A DNA stretch of 64,000 nt, from the NCBI GenBank assembly GCA_950097015.1, contig CATNEN010000039.1, positions 2,542,001-2,606,000 on the forward strand, in the 5' to 3' direction. Under the pieces are notes generated by a model that saw only the letters and a program-made list of their open reading frames with translations, had not been told where the DNA came from and did no database searches. The position numbers were made by a program, and so were the translations under genes. This document shows positions 25,710-39,400 of the stretch, piece after piece. Each line of letters begins with the position of its first letter. The first letter of the stretch is position 1. This stretch comes from Macrostomum hystrix. Taxonomy: Eukaryota; Animalia; Platyhelminthes.

Positions 25710-27084
25710 GCGCGTGACAGTGGAAAGTTTGTGAGGCCGAGCACTAGTTAACGCTACAATGTTAAGAACAATTTATTAATTTTGACTGACATTGCGTTGC
25801 TATTTTGGACGCCGCAACTAGTTCCTAATATTCTACTCGTCATCTCACCTGTTTGACTATTACTTTTTGTTTTATGAAACCTGATTGATGTCTGTTCGAT
25901 TTTTTGATGTGTCCAGAACACTATTTATGCATCGCTGCTTTAACCTAGCACTGCGGTGTGTTGCATCCTGCTTGCTGCTGGCAATAGCAGTACACAAGAA
26001 ATAAATGCTGGTAGATTGACTGCCTCACCAAGTTATTTGCTAGTTGGTTTCTGGTCTTGTTGGTGAAGCATGCATACCTGTCTTCTTTGGACTGTCATTT
26101 TGTTCATTGTTTGCTTCTAGTGGAAACATTTAGCATTCCAAGCTTGATCCTTTTTAGGAAAGTAGCCTCCTTACCTTGATGGGGTGTTTTGGTACCCTCC
26201 TCTGGCCCTTCAGCTCGATCCCATTGGCATTGTGGCATTAAATAGTTGTTTCAAACGCCTGGTTTGCGACTCAAACGGTTCTCCGACGACTCAAACGCTT
26301 TTTTAAGGGCTCAGTCGCGAGCCACACTGTTAACGACCCTCGACCCTATACACTCGTAATTTGTCGTCCAATACGCGGTTTGAGGCGTTATAAAGGCAAA
26401 TCAAAATGCTTCAAAACGGCCAGAACATCTTTAGTGCTACACCTTCTTCGCACATTGTGCCGTGACATCCAGGTGCTTTGGTGTCATTTTCCGTCAATTT
26501 TATTATCACTGGACCGCTTGTGAAGTGACTCAAAAGCTTCGAAAACGACGTAAAAGTTGGATTCAGTTTATTTTTCACAGTAAACATTGTTGTAGTCCTA
26601 GTCCTAGATCAAGAAGCAGCGAGAAAGTTTCCTATCATTCAAGAAATACCAGAGAATAGTTAAAAGACAGGATCTAGAAAACGGCAGAATTGAGAAAACA
26701 TATTATAGAGAGAAGAATTCGCAAGCTCGGCAACATACACTTTATGCTCAAAAATAGAAGAGATTTATTTGTTAGGTTACATCCTTCGTTTAGGATGTTT
26801 AGATGCACGGTTTCAAGGCACGCACAGAGAAAATACGAATTATATTTCATAAGCTTAGTTTTCCTGCAAGTGCACGTACATATACACCAAACAAGAGATT
26901 TCTTTATTGGACATCATAGTCAAGATTGGCCTACCTTACAACGATCGAATGACCATTACAGAATCTATCATTTGGTGAGCATTCCGTTTTCTAAGATGTT
27001 CGCAGTGTCGATCAATCAAGTCTTCTCAGCACGCCTCTCACTTACTGTTGCCATGCAGTCTCTTGTTTGCATCCGGACAGCCAA

Positions 27085-27433
27085 TCAGTCCGAGTCGTCC
27101 TGGTCTAGGCGGACGAATAGAAACTTTGTGTCCGGCAGCACAACGCAGTCCTCCGACAGCAGTCGCTTGGCCTGCCTCCGGCCGTCTCCCTTGGCCGCCT
27201 GCGAGACGTTCTCCTCCAGTTCCGAGGCCTCCCGCATCGAATTCTCAACTTCGGCCTTGACGTCGCTAAAGTAGCAGGTCTCAATGTACTTTACCAGATT
27301 GTCGATGCGCTCGGGCAGCATCACATTAAGCTGTTCGTCAATTGAGTGCGGCCTGTACTCGGTGTCGGCTAAGGTGAAGCCGAAGTAGCGCTGGGCGAAG
27401 CGGCTGTTGCCCAGGCCGACTAGCGTGATGACC
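27085..27433 (-). CDS. PKD1-like exon 20 (cytoplasmic tail, stop)
   Basis: ACGCAG|KVITLVGLG...LPERIDNLVKYIE...QDDSD*. Confidence 0.85.
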
Positions 27434-30400
27434 CTGCGTGAGGCGGCGTGATCGTTTGATCGTTTGATCGTTTGCGATGCTTAACGCTAAGCCATTTGAA
27501 TTCGCACAAAACTACCACCGGAAAGCAAGTTATTTTTGTATTCGAATTCTTCATTGAAATGATTTTACTTAAACTCTGAGTTACTCGAACCACTCGCCTA
27601 GCAGGGTTGCAATATAAAGCAAAAATAAACTCACTTTTCAACGATGAAATCCACTATCTCGTGCTCATTCTGCTGCTTCTGTGCGTCCTCCTTCACCTGA
27701 GCAAAGGCCTCGTTAAGTATAGCTACAAACATGTTGAGCAGGATGAAGATCACAAAGAATGTGTAGGCAGCAAACAAGAGCGGTCCGATGATTGGCTCCG
27801 TGATGTACAGGTCCAAGAAGCGGAACTTGCCCAAGGCAATTTGCATCAGCTGCTCAGCACAGTACAAAAAAGTGTGGTAGTCGTAAAGACGGTCCAGGAA
27901 CAACAGGTAAAAGGTTTGAATGAAGGCAAAGAAGATAATCGAGAACATCAAGAAGAACTGCCGGATGTCCCTGGCCGAGAATCGAATCACATCGCCGAGC
28001 ATTCCGACGCGTCTGTTGAACCGCAGCAGCCGGTTAAACTTGAGTGTGGAGGCGAATATTATGCTACCTGTGAGGTACACAAGATACTCGTTCAGGAAGG
28101 TCACGTACTGGAAATTTAGGTAGACGTTGCCTCCGTACTTGGCGAATTCGCCAGTCAACTTCGTGGTCTCGATAATCATATAGGCGTAAATGGCAATGCT
28201 GAGCAGGCAACCCCCCAGGATGAAGACCTCGAGGGTGTTCCACGGATTGAAGAAATAAGCCCGTTTCATGCGGTGGAGATTGCGGGCTTCCTTTATGATG
28301 AAGCCAATGAGGGCGATGCAGAACAGGGCCTGACAGAAAATCTCCACCACCTTTGAGCTGGAGCCGACAAAGCTGAGCAGATTCGCTGCGTCGAATCGAT
28401 ACGCGCCAAGCATGCCTCCCGTGCCTTCGTACTCGAAGTAAACTGTCCCGACGCCAAACAAGTTCACGTTTGGGTTGTAGAAGGCGAATTCAACAAACAC
28501 GGCTCGCGTCTGCTTGTCCAGCCAATGCAGCCCTTTCAACGTTTCAATATTGGCCTGCACGACTTTCTCTGAGCCTCTCATCTGAAACACATAGCCGCCA
28601 GCGGAGTAGGTGCTGATCAGGGCCATGTAGGGCAGGCTCTTCAGGTCGGTGCCAGTCGAATACAGAAATGCCTCGTGAGCGTAGTCTGTTGTGCTGCTGC
28701 TGCTGCTCGCGGCCAGAGCGCTGGCATTCAGCGGCTGCCACATGGGCCCGAACGAGGTGGTCTCCTCGTTGATGAGATTGTAACCCTGGATGCAGTGCTT
28801 GTACAGGAAGCGCATGCTGGGCTGTACTGTGCACGAGTCGAGCTGGATTCGCTTCTGTCGCAGGATGGCGTAACCGACCAGACGACCGACGCGGTCGCCG
28901 GTGAAGCCCCGCTGGAACAATGGCGGATCCCCATTGTACCAGGGCCTGGCGCGCAGTGCTGGAATCATTTGCTCCTGCAGCCAGGTCCAGAACTGATCCT
29001 CCGTGCTAATCCCATCGATGCTTGCCGTCTCTGACAGATCAGTGGCTGGGATGAACAGTCGCACCATCTGCTCCTTCATAGTATACGTATTGGGATCCCG
29101 AAAACTGAACGTGACAGCCAGAAGCAGGGTATAGAAAATTACGTAGAACAAAATCTCGCGCATTATATCGTACATTTGCTTCTCCTTTAGCCGCTTGTCC
29201 CTGGCGCGCTGAAGCAGCTCGGTGGTTGGCGGTTCGATTCCGACTCTTCTCACATCGTCCTCGTCAACGGATTCCTGATCGTGCAGCCACTCCTCAGTGC
29301 TGGGCATGCCGTACTTTTGGCCAAGCTCACTGATAATCTCCTCCTCTTCAGCCAGAAAGTCTTCCTCCTCGCTGCCTTTCTTGTTCTTGCACAGAAGGGA
29401 CATAAAAATGGCCACCAAAACCACCTTGAGCGGTTGAGAGAGCATAACAGAAGAAAAGAAGGATACGAACAATGATGAGATCCACTTCTTGCAGGTCTCG
29501 TCGCCAAACTGAATGCCGTAGAGAGTGGTAAAGAAGGCTGAGGTCGCGGTGCCGATGGCTATAATTAGCCAGGCGAAGATGCGAACCCACCAAGGGAAGG
29601 TCCTGTGCTTCCGGGCAAAAACGCCCTTGCCGCCCTTGTCGTCGATTTCATCGTTGGCTTCCTCCGTCTCGCCTTGTTCTGCTGGTTCGCCGTCCGAAAT
29701 CTCTTGAACATCTTGAATCTCCGATGGCTGGTTTGGCGTGGGCAGATCTGTTTTGCGCGTAAAATCCGACTCCGTGGAATCTGTCTCATTTTCATTCTTA
29801 AGTGGCTCGTTAATGCCAGATGGTTGTTGATCCTCCAAGTCGCAGGTCACGTGCCAGGACTTCTGCGATCTTGAACCTTCGAAATGATGGTCGATGGCGC
29901 TTAGCAACTGATTGACGTGACTTGTCCGCAGCTTCGACCAGCGGAACAGCTCCATTACAATGAAGAGGGGCACGAAGGTAATGACGTTGGTGATGACGCC
30001 GACAAACACCATTCGGGGCGTCATGGAAAACGGACCGATATTCAGAGTCGTGCTAGTCGCCTTCGTCGGGCCTTCTCTCTGGTAGAACATGCACGCAGTG
30101 ACCATTGTGAGAAACAGCAGCAATAGGCAGCAGGCGACCCGTTCCACACGAGTGAATCTCGACTCTGGCGGCCGCGCCATGATTGACAGCCACAGGTGTC
30201 CGTCAGTCAGGTCCTTCTTCGCGTGCGTGGAGAACATGTGGCCGAATTGTAGCAGCTCCTCTGGCCCAGCAACAGGAACCACGCGGTCGATGGCCCCGTC
30301 ACCTTCTTCGACAGCGAACCAGCGGTTTACAACGAAGTGGTAGCGCAGGCGGGTCTGCAGGTCGATGGCCACTACAGAGTTGCAGTACCAGGAGGCGCTG

Positions 30401-33400
30401 GACCCCCGGCCGCTATTGTCATGCCAAAGGCGCATGAAGTTCAGGTCACCGAGCGGCCTGTGATTTTGATATCGCTATTTTTAGTTTCATTAAACAGATA
30501 GGAGTGAAGGACAAGATTAGATTATGCAGGCATGCAGAGGTTGCAAGAGGTCGCATAACTTATTGGTTTTTTTCGATTGTATTCACAAAAATTTTGAACC
30601 TACTACTTGCATTACGCATTGCTTTCCTCTTAGCCTAATAGAATGAGATGGTCAAAGGCTTGATCGGAGGTGTGGTCAATAAAAATATTAATATTACTAT
30701 AGCAAATTGCTATTTTATATTGCGATAATTTTTATTGGAATGCTATCTTAGCTCTCCATCAGGCGCTTCGCCTCTCCAAATGTGGGATAATTGCTAGATG
30801 CAAACTCATCCGGACGGTTTGGGGAATAATTGTGCCCAGTCGCATCCAAAGCACTAATTAGCGAGTTTATACGTGCGACATAAGCCTTGTAATTTCTATA
30901 ATGAGACCCAGCCAGAAATTATTCTGCGGTCTCAACTGGGGGTTGTCAACTCAATACCTGTAGGCTGGGCCTAGCTGCTTTTAATGGCCTAAGTCTTGCT
31001 TATAAGCCTTGCAGAAAAAAGCAAAACAATTTTTTTAGCTAAAACGTGTTTCTACTTCTCAAAATTAATTAATTGCAGTTGGGTAGGCACGTGTACTTTT
31101 TTCCATACTAATTCATGATTGGCGAAACTGCGACTATATTATACTATTTAGAATTGTAAGAATAAAAGTTTTATATATTATAAGAAAAAATAATGATTCC
31201 CAAAGCTGTGAGACAACAGTGGCGTGTGCAACTACAAACAAATGGCGTTTGTGAGTGCAACTTTTAACAGACCTTTCCACGGCCAGAAGGAAGCGGTTCG
31301 TGCAGCCTCTCTGCAGGATGCAGCGTCTCGTGTCGTCAAGCGCGCGGACCCCGCTGTCTCGCCTGGCGCCGCTCAGCACAAAGTACACCTTGGACTGCGT
31401 GCCCGCGTTTCGTCGCAAGCCTGTGGAGACAACCAGCTCGTAGAGGTACTTGTGCTCAGGGTCGTTGCCAGGCAGTGGAGAGACACCGAGCTGCAGGTTA
31501 GGGAACTGGATTATACTGTCCTGCTGGATTATAGTGTCTTGCTGGATTATAGTATCTTGCTGGATTATAGTGTCTTGCTGGATTATAGTATCTTGCTGGA
31601 TTATACTGTCTTGCTGGATTATACTGTCTTGCTGGATTATACTGTCTTGCTGGATTATAGTGTCTTGCTGGATTATAGTGTCTTGCTGGATTATACTGTC
31701 TTGCTGGATTATAGTGTCTTGCTGGATTATAGTGTCTTGCTGGATTATAGTGTCTTGCTGGATTATAGTATCTTGCTGGATTATAGTGTCTTGCTGGATT
31801 ATACTGTCTTGCTGGATTATAGTGTCTTGCTGGATTATACTGTCTTGCTGGATTATACTGTCTTGCTGGATTATACTGTCTTGCTGGATTATAGTGTCTT
31901 GCTGGATTATAGTGTCTTGCTGGATTATAGTGTCCTGCTGGATTATAGTGTCTTGCTGGATTATAGTGTCTTGCTGGATTATAGTGTCTTGCTGGATTAT
32001 ACTGTCTTGCTGGATTATACTGTCTTGCTGGATTATAGTGTCTTGCTGGATTATAGTGTCTTGCTGGATTATACTGTCTTGCTGGATTATACTGTCTTGC
32101 TGGATTATAGTGTCCTGCTGGATTATAGTGTCTTGCTGGATTATAGTGTCTTGCTGGATTATACTGTCTTGCTGGATTATACTGTCTTGCTGGATTATAC
32201 TGTCTTGCTGGATTATAGTGTCTTGCTGGATTATAGTATCTTGCTGGATTATAGTGTCTTGCTGGATTATACTGTCTTGCTGGATTATAGTGTCTTGCTG
32301 GATTATAGTGTCTTGCTGGATTATAGTGTCTTGCTGGATTATACTGTCTTGCTGGATTATGGTGTCTTGCTGGATTATAGTGTCTTGCTGGATTATAGTG
32401 TCCTGCTGGATTATAGTGTCTTGCTGGATTATAGTGTCTTGCTGGATTATACTGTCTTGCTGGATTATAGTGTCTTGCTGGATTATAGTATCTTGCTGGA
32501 TTATAGTGTCTTGCTGGATTATACTGTCTTGCTGGATTATAGTGTCTTGCTGGATTATAGTGTCTTGCTGGATTATACTGTCTTGCTGGATTATAGTGTC
32601 TTGCTGGATTATACTGTCTTGCTGGATTATAGTGTCTTGCTGGATTATAGTATCTTGCTGGATTATAGTGTCTTGCTGGATTATACTGTCTTGCTGGATT
32701 ATAGTGTCTTGCTGGATTATAGTATCTTGCTGGATTATAGTGTCTTGCTGGATTATACTGTCTTGCTGGATTATAGTGTCTTGCTGGATTATAGTGTCTT
32801 GCTGGATTATACTGTCTTGCTGGATTATAGTGTCTTGCTGGATTATACTGTCTTGCTGGATTATAGTGTCTTGCTGGATTATAGTATCTTGCTGGATTAT
32901 AGTGTCTTGCTGGATTATACTGTCTTGCTGGATTATACTGTCTTGCTGGATTATACTGTCTTGCTGGATTATAGTGTCTTGCTGGATTATAGTGTCTTGC
33001 TGGATTATAGTGTCTTGCTGGATTATACTGTCTTGCTGGATTATACTGTCTTGCTGGATTATAGTGTCTTGCTGGATTATACTGTCTTGCTGGATTATAC
33101 TGTCCTGCTGGATTATAGTATCTTGCTGGATTATACTGTCTTGCTGGATTATAGTGTCCTGCTGGATTATACTGTCTTGCTGGATTATAGTGTCTTGCTG
33201 GATTATACTGTCTTGCTGGATTATACTGTCTTGCTGGATTATACTGTCTTGCTGGATTATAGTGTCTTGCTGGATTATACTGTCTTGCTGGATTATACTG
33301 TCTTGCTGGATTATAGTGTCTTGCTGGATTATAGTGTCTTGCTGGATTATAGTGTCTTGCTGGATTATAGTGTCTTGCTGGATTATACTGTCTTGCTGGA

Positions 33401-36400
33401 TTATAGTGTCTTGCTGGATTATAGTGTCTTGCTGGATTATACTGTCTTGCTGGATTATAGTGTCTTGCTGGATTATAGTGTCTTGCTGGATTATACTGTC
33501 TTGCTGGATTATAGTGTCTTGCTGGATTATAGTGTCTTGCTGGATTATAGTGTCTTGCTGGATTATACTGTCTTGCTGGATTATACTGTCTTGCTGGATT
33601 ATAGTGTCTTGCTGGATTATACTGTCTTGCTGGATTATACTGTCCTGCTGGATTATAGTATCTTGCTGGATTATACTGTCTTGCTGGATTATAGTGTCCT
33701 GCTGGATTATACTGTCTTGCTGGATTATACTGTCTTGCTGGATTATACTGTCTTGCTGGATTATAGTGTCTTGCTGGATTATAGTGTCTTGCTGGATTAT
33801 AGTGTCTTGCTGGATTATAGTGTCTTGCTGGATTATACTGTCTTGCTGGATTATAGTGTCTTGCTGGATTATAGTGTCTTGCTGGATTATAGTGTCTTGC
33901 TGGATTATAGTGTCTTGCTGGATTATAGTGTCTTGCTGGATTATACTGTCTTGCTGGATTATAGTGTCTTGCTGGATTATAGTGTCTTGCTGGATTATAC
34001 TGTCTTGCTGGATTATACTGTCTTGCTGGATTATAGTGTCTTGCTGGATTATAGTGTCTTGCTGGATTATAGTGTCTTGCTGGATTATACTGTCTTGCTG
34101 GATTATAGTGTCTTGCTGGATTATAGTGTCTTGCTGGATTATAGTGTCTTGCTGGATTATACTGTCTTGCTGGATTATAGTGTCTTGCTGGATTATACTG
34201 TCTTGCTGGATTATAGTGTCTTGCTGGATTATAGTGTCTTGCTGGATTATACTGTCTTGCTGGATTATACTGTCTTGCTGGATTATAGTGTCTTGCTGGA
34301 TTATACTGTCTTGCTGGATTATACTGTCTTGCTGGATTATACTGTCTTGCTGGATTATACTGTCTTGCTGGATTATAGTGTCTTGCTGGATTATACTGTC
34401 TTGCTGGATTATACTGTCTTGCTGGATTATACTGTCTTGCTGGATTATAGTGTCTTGCTGGATTATAGTGTCTTGCTGGATTATAGTGTCTTGCTGGATT
34501 ATAGTGTCTTGCTGGATTATACTGTCTTGCTGATTATAGTATCTTGCTGGATTATAGTGTCTTGCTGGATTATAGTGTCTTGCTGGATTATACTGTCTTG
34601 CTGGATTATAGTGTCTTGCTGGATTATAGTGTCTTGCTGGATTATAGTGTCTTGCTGGATAATAGTGTCTTGCTGGATTATAGTGTCTTGCTGGATTATA
34701 CTGTCTTGCTGGATTATAGTGTCTTGCTGGATTATACTGTCTTGCTGGATTATAGTGTCCTGCTGGATTATAGTGTCTTGCTGGATTATAGTGTCTTGCT
34801 GGATTATACTGTCTTGCTGGATTATACTGTCTTGCTGGATTATACTGTCTTGCTGGATTATACTGTCTTGCTGGATTATACTGTCTTGCTGGATTATAGT
34901 GTCTTGCTGGATTATAGTGTCTTGCTGGATTATAGTGTCCTGCTGGATTATAGTGTCTTGCTGGATTATAGTGTCTTGCTGGATTATAGTGTCTTGCTGG
35001 ATTATACTGTCTTGCTGGATTATACTGTCTTGCTGGATTATAGTGTCTTGCTGGATTATAGTGTCTTGCTGGATTATACTGTCTTGCTGGATTATACTGT
35101 CTTGCTGGATTATAGTGTCTTGCTGGATTATAGTGTCTTGCTGGATTATAGTGTCTTGCTGGATTATAGTGTCTTGCTGGATTATAGTGTCTTGCTGGAT
35201 TATAGTGTCTTGCTGGATTATACTGTCTTGCTGGATTATAGTGTCTTGCTGGATTATACTGTCTTGCTGGATTATAGTGTCTTGCTGGATTATAGTGTCT
35301 TGCTGGATTATAGTGTCCTGCTGGATTATAGTGTCTTGCTGGATTATAGTGTCCTGCTGGATTATAGTGTCCTGCTGGATTATAGTGTCTTGCTGGATTA
35401 TAGTATCTTGCTGGATTATACTGTCTTGCTGGATTATACTGTCTTGCTGGATTATAGTGTCTTGCTGGATTATAGTGTCTTGCTGGATTAGTGTCTTGCT
35501 GGATTATAGTGTCCTGCTGGATTATAGTGTCCTGCTGGATTATAGTGTCTTGCTGGATTATAGTATCTTGCTGGATTATAGTGTCTTGCTGGATTATAGT
35601 GTCTTGCTGGATTATAGTGTCTTGCTGGATTATAGTGTCTTGCTGGATTATAGTGTCCTGCTGGATTATAGTGTCTTGCTGGATTATAGTGTCCTGCTGG
35701 ATTATAGTGTCTTGCTGGATTATAGTGTCTTGCTGGATTATACTGTCTTGCTGGATTATACTGTCTTGCTGGATTATACTGTCCTGCTGGATTATAGTGT
35801 CCTGCTGGATTATACTGTCTTGCTGGATTATACTGTCTTGCTGGATTATAGTGTCTTGCTGGATTATAGTGTCTTGCTGGATTATACTGTCTTGCTGGAT
35901 TATAGTGTCTTGCTGGATTATACTGTCTTGCTGGATTATAGTGTCTTGCTGGATTATAGTATCTTGCTGGATTATAGTGTCTTGCTGGATTATACTGTCT
36001 TGCTGGATTATAGTGTCTTGCTGGATTATAGTGTCTTGCTGGATTATACTGTCTTGCTGGATTATAGTGTCTTGCTGGATTATACTGTCTTGCTGGATTA
36101 TAGTGTCTTGCTGGATTATAGTGTCTTGCTGGATTATACTGTCTTGCTGGATTATACTGTCTTGCTGGATTATACTGTCTTGCTGGATTATAGTGTCTTG
36201 CTGGATTATACTGTCTTGCTGGATTATAGTGTCTTGCTGGATTATAGTGTCTTGCTGGATTATAGTGTCTTGCTGGATTATACTGTCTTGCTGGATTATA
36301 CTGTCTTGCTGGATTATACTGTCTTGCTGGATTATACTGTCTTGCTGGATTATAGTGTCTTGCTGGATTATACTGTCTTGCTGGATTATACTGTCTTGCT

Positions 36401-39400
36401 GGATTATAGTGTCTTGCTGGATTATACTGTCTTGCTGGATTATACTGTCTTGCTGGATTATAGTGTCTTGCTGGATTATAGTGTCTTGCTGGATTATAGT
36501 GTCTTGCTGGATTATACTGTCTTGCTGGATTATACTGTCTTGCTGGATTATAGTGTCTTGCTGGATTATACTGTCTTGCTGGATTATAGTGTCTTGCTGG
36601 ATTATACTGTCTTGCTGGATTATAGTGTCTTGCTGGATTATACTGTCTTGCTGGATTATAGTGTCTTGCTGGATTATACTGTCTTGCTGGATTATAGTGT
36701 CTTGCTGGATTATAGTGTCTTGCTGGATTATACTGTCTTGCTGGATTATACTGTCTTGCTGGACTATAGTGTCTTGCTGGATTATACTGTCTTGCTGGAT
36801 TATACTGTCTTGCTGGATTATACTGTCTTGCTGGACTATAGTGTCTTGCTGGATTATAGTATCTTGCTGGATTATACTGTCTTGCTGGATTATACTGTCC
36901 TGCTGGATTATAGTGTCTTGCTGGATTATACTGTCTTGCTGGATTATACTGTCCTGCTGGATTATACTGTCCTGCTGGATTATAGTATCTTGCTGGATTA
37001 TAGTGTCTTGCTGGATTATACTGTCCTGCTGGATTATAGTGTCTTGCTGGATTATACTGTCTTGCTGGATTATACTGTCTTGCTGGATTATAGTGTCTTG
37101 CTGGATTATAGTGTCTTGCTGGATTATACTGTCTTGCTGGATTATAGTGTCTTGCTGGATTATACTGTCTTGCTGGATTATACTGTCTTGCTGGATTATA
37201 CTGTCCTGCTGGATTATACTGTCTTGCTGGATTATAGTGTCTTGCTGGATTATACTGTCTTGCTGGATTATACTGTCTTGCTGGATTAGTGTCTTGCTGG
37301 ATTATAGTGTCTTGCTGGATTAGTGTCTTGCTGGATTAGTGTATTTTAGACATCTAGATAAGAAGGCTTAATAGACATCTGCTGATAAAAAATGTAGCTA
37401 TAGAACCAACCTTTTCAATGTCCTTCTTGTCCCAGTGCCTTGCCCAGATAAACACAGCTAGGAAGAAAATGCTAATCATGATCTCAGTGATGAAAAGCGT
37501 CGGGTTCTTAGTGAAATCAAAGTGGCTGAACGCATAGTTCCAGTCGATGTTGTTCGGCGCTTCAATGAAGCCACCTGCAAAGCTGGTGAGGTGGCTGCAC
37601 GCGCACTGCGTCTGCAGCACCGTCGTGCGCGAGCCCACCACGCAGCCCCGGCTATTCCAGGACGTCTGGCCCGGAGTAATCGTGTAGCAGGACGAAGAGT
37701 AGATGCGGATGCTGTACTTCACCGTGAACTGCTGCTTGTTGTACGGATAGGGCACCGGCGGCCTTCTGCGCTCGGTGTAGCTATCCCACTCGGCCTCCTC
37801 GAGCTCACGAATTCCAAACTTGACCGTGTTGATCTTCCTGTCCCAGTCGTAGGCCGTGCCCATCACCCGAGCCTTGGCCGCCTTGAACTTGGCATTGTCG
37901 ATGAAGAAAGTGAACGGGTCCACCTCGTCTGGCCTGGCATTCCGGTAGCAGTAGGCTGTGCTGGTCGGGACCAAGCCCCACCAGTCGAAGCTCTCGCCCG
38001 GATCCATCAGCGACGGCGCCTGCCACAGTCGGCCGACCACCAGAAACTGTCGGCACTTGCTGACGCCGATTGTGAAGTTAAGGAAGTTCAGCTGAAAGTG
38101 AACAGACTGGTCGTCGCCAAGCATTTTAAACTCGTGCAGTATGAGCTTCTGGTACATCTTGCGGTTCCTCTCGAACGGGCCCTCCGCGGTACCGGGAACT
38201 TCGATGCCGTCCGGAATCCTGGGCAGGGGATTCACCGGGTCAGGGTCAACATACGGCAGGTCGGAGAAGGTCTGGTCCTTCTTCAGGACGAATTCAAACT
38301 CGTTGCCAGGCCCAGTTGCTGGCACTGAAATGTAGGATCCATTGGAGTCCAGAATATTGATAGTCAAGATCTCGGCAGCGATGGGAATCGGCGGGTTCTT
38401 GTTGGTGCTGACGCCGGCGTACGGATTGGTCGGCATGGCGATTGCCGCAACGGAGACCGCGCTGCTGTCCTCGGAGCAGTTCCTGCCGGATGCCGTCAGG
38501 TTGCAAAGGTTGCTGGGCAGGTTGACAATCGACCGTCCGACGCTCAGTTGCACTCCGCTGAGGTCGCCTGGTAGAGACTTGTTTAGCGAGAGGCTCATCT
38601 GCGATGTGGTGATTCGAGTTGGATTGGCCCCCACAGTTTGCTTTGAGTTAAGCAGCTTTACAAGCGCCAGGATTGCTCCAAAGCCGTCCGTTGAGACCTC
38701 GCTTGAGACGCCACCCTGCACAATGCCGTTGGTCTCTACCAGGAGGCCCTTCTTGGCTTCAGCCGGCGTCATGTCAACGAAGGACTCGCGCGTCGACTCC
38801 CAGTCAGTGTCGTAGACGTGAAACTCGCTGGCGGCTGACTTGTCCAGGTCGCTGAGGGTGCCACGTTTGGTCTGGATACTGGCGGCCTGCGGTATGGGTT
38901 AACAATGGTTTTTAGACCAATGTCTCATACCACTCGATTGGGAAACCACTTTTCCACACCGCCAGGCAAACAGCTCAATGACTAGTCGAAGCTCAAAACC
39001 TGATGGCAACATTCCACGATGTTGGTAACTACCCGAGCTAAATTCTAGATCATTATCATGGGGTAAAGTGCGGACTAAACCATACCGTCATCGCCTGGGT
39101 TACGGCGGCCAGGGTGTTGGTGACCACATCCGTCATGCTCTGCTTCGTGATTGAATCGCTGAGCAACTGCAGCGAGTTGGTCACCTCCAGAACTTTGTTC
39201 TTAATGTTCAACTGCAATTTGCGGGCGGAGGGGCGGCGGTACAAGTGGGTCTTAAAAAAGATACGGATAGAGTCAGGTAAAAACCCAGACGGACCTGTCC
39301 GTTCCTAGGCAGGTCGTCCATGTTAATGCTGATCACTTGCATGGTCGCTGTGGCCAATTTAATCTGCTCCAGCGTCACTGTCGTCATGGTGATGAGGGTC

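Noticed and set aside
26690-27274. 194-aa plus-strand ORF
   Set aside because: Antisense to the polycystin last exon and 3' UTR, non-ATG start, no recognisable motif.
31224-37323. 2021-aa, 1027-aa and other LLDYSV/SCWII repeat ORFs
   Set aside because: Stop-free frames of an 18-bp satellite, antisense within a polycystin intron; the frame switches at single indels.
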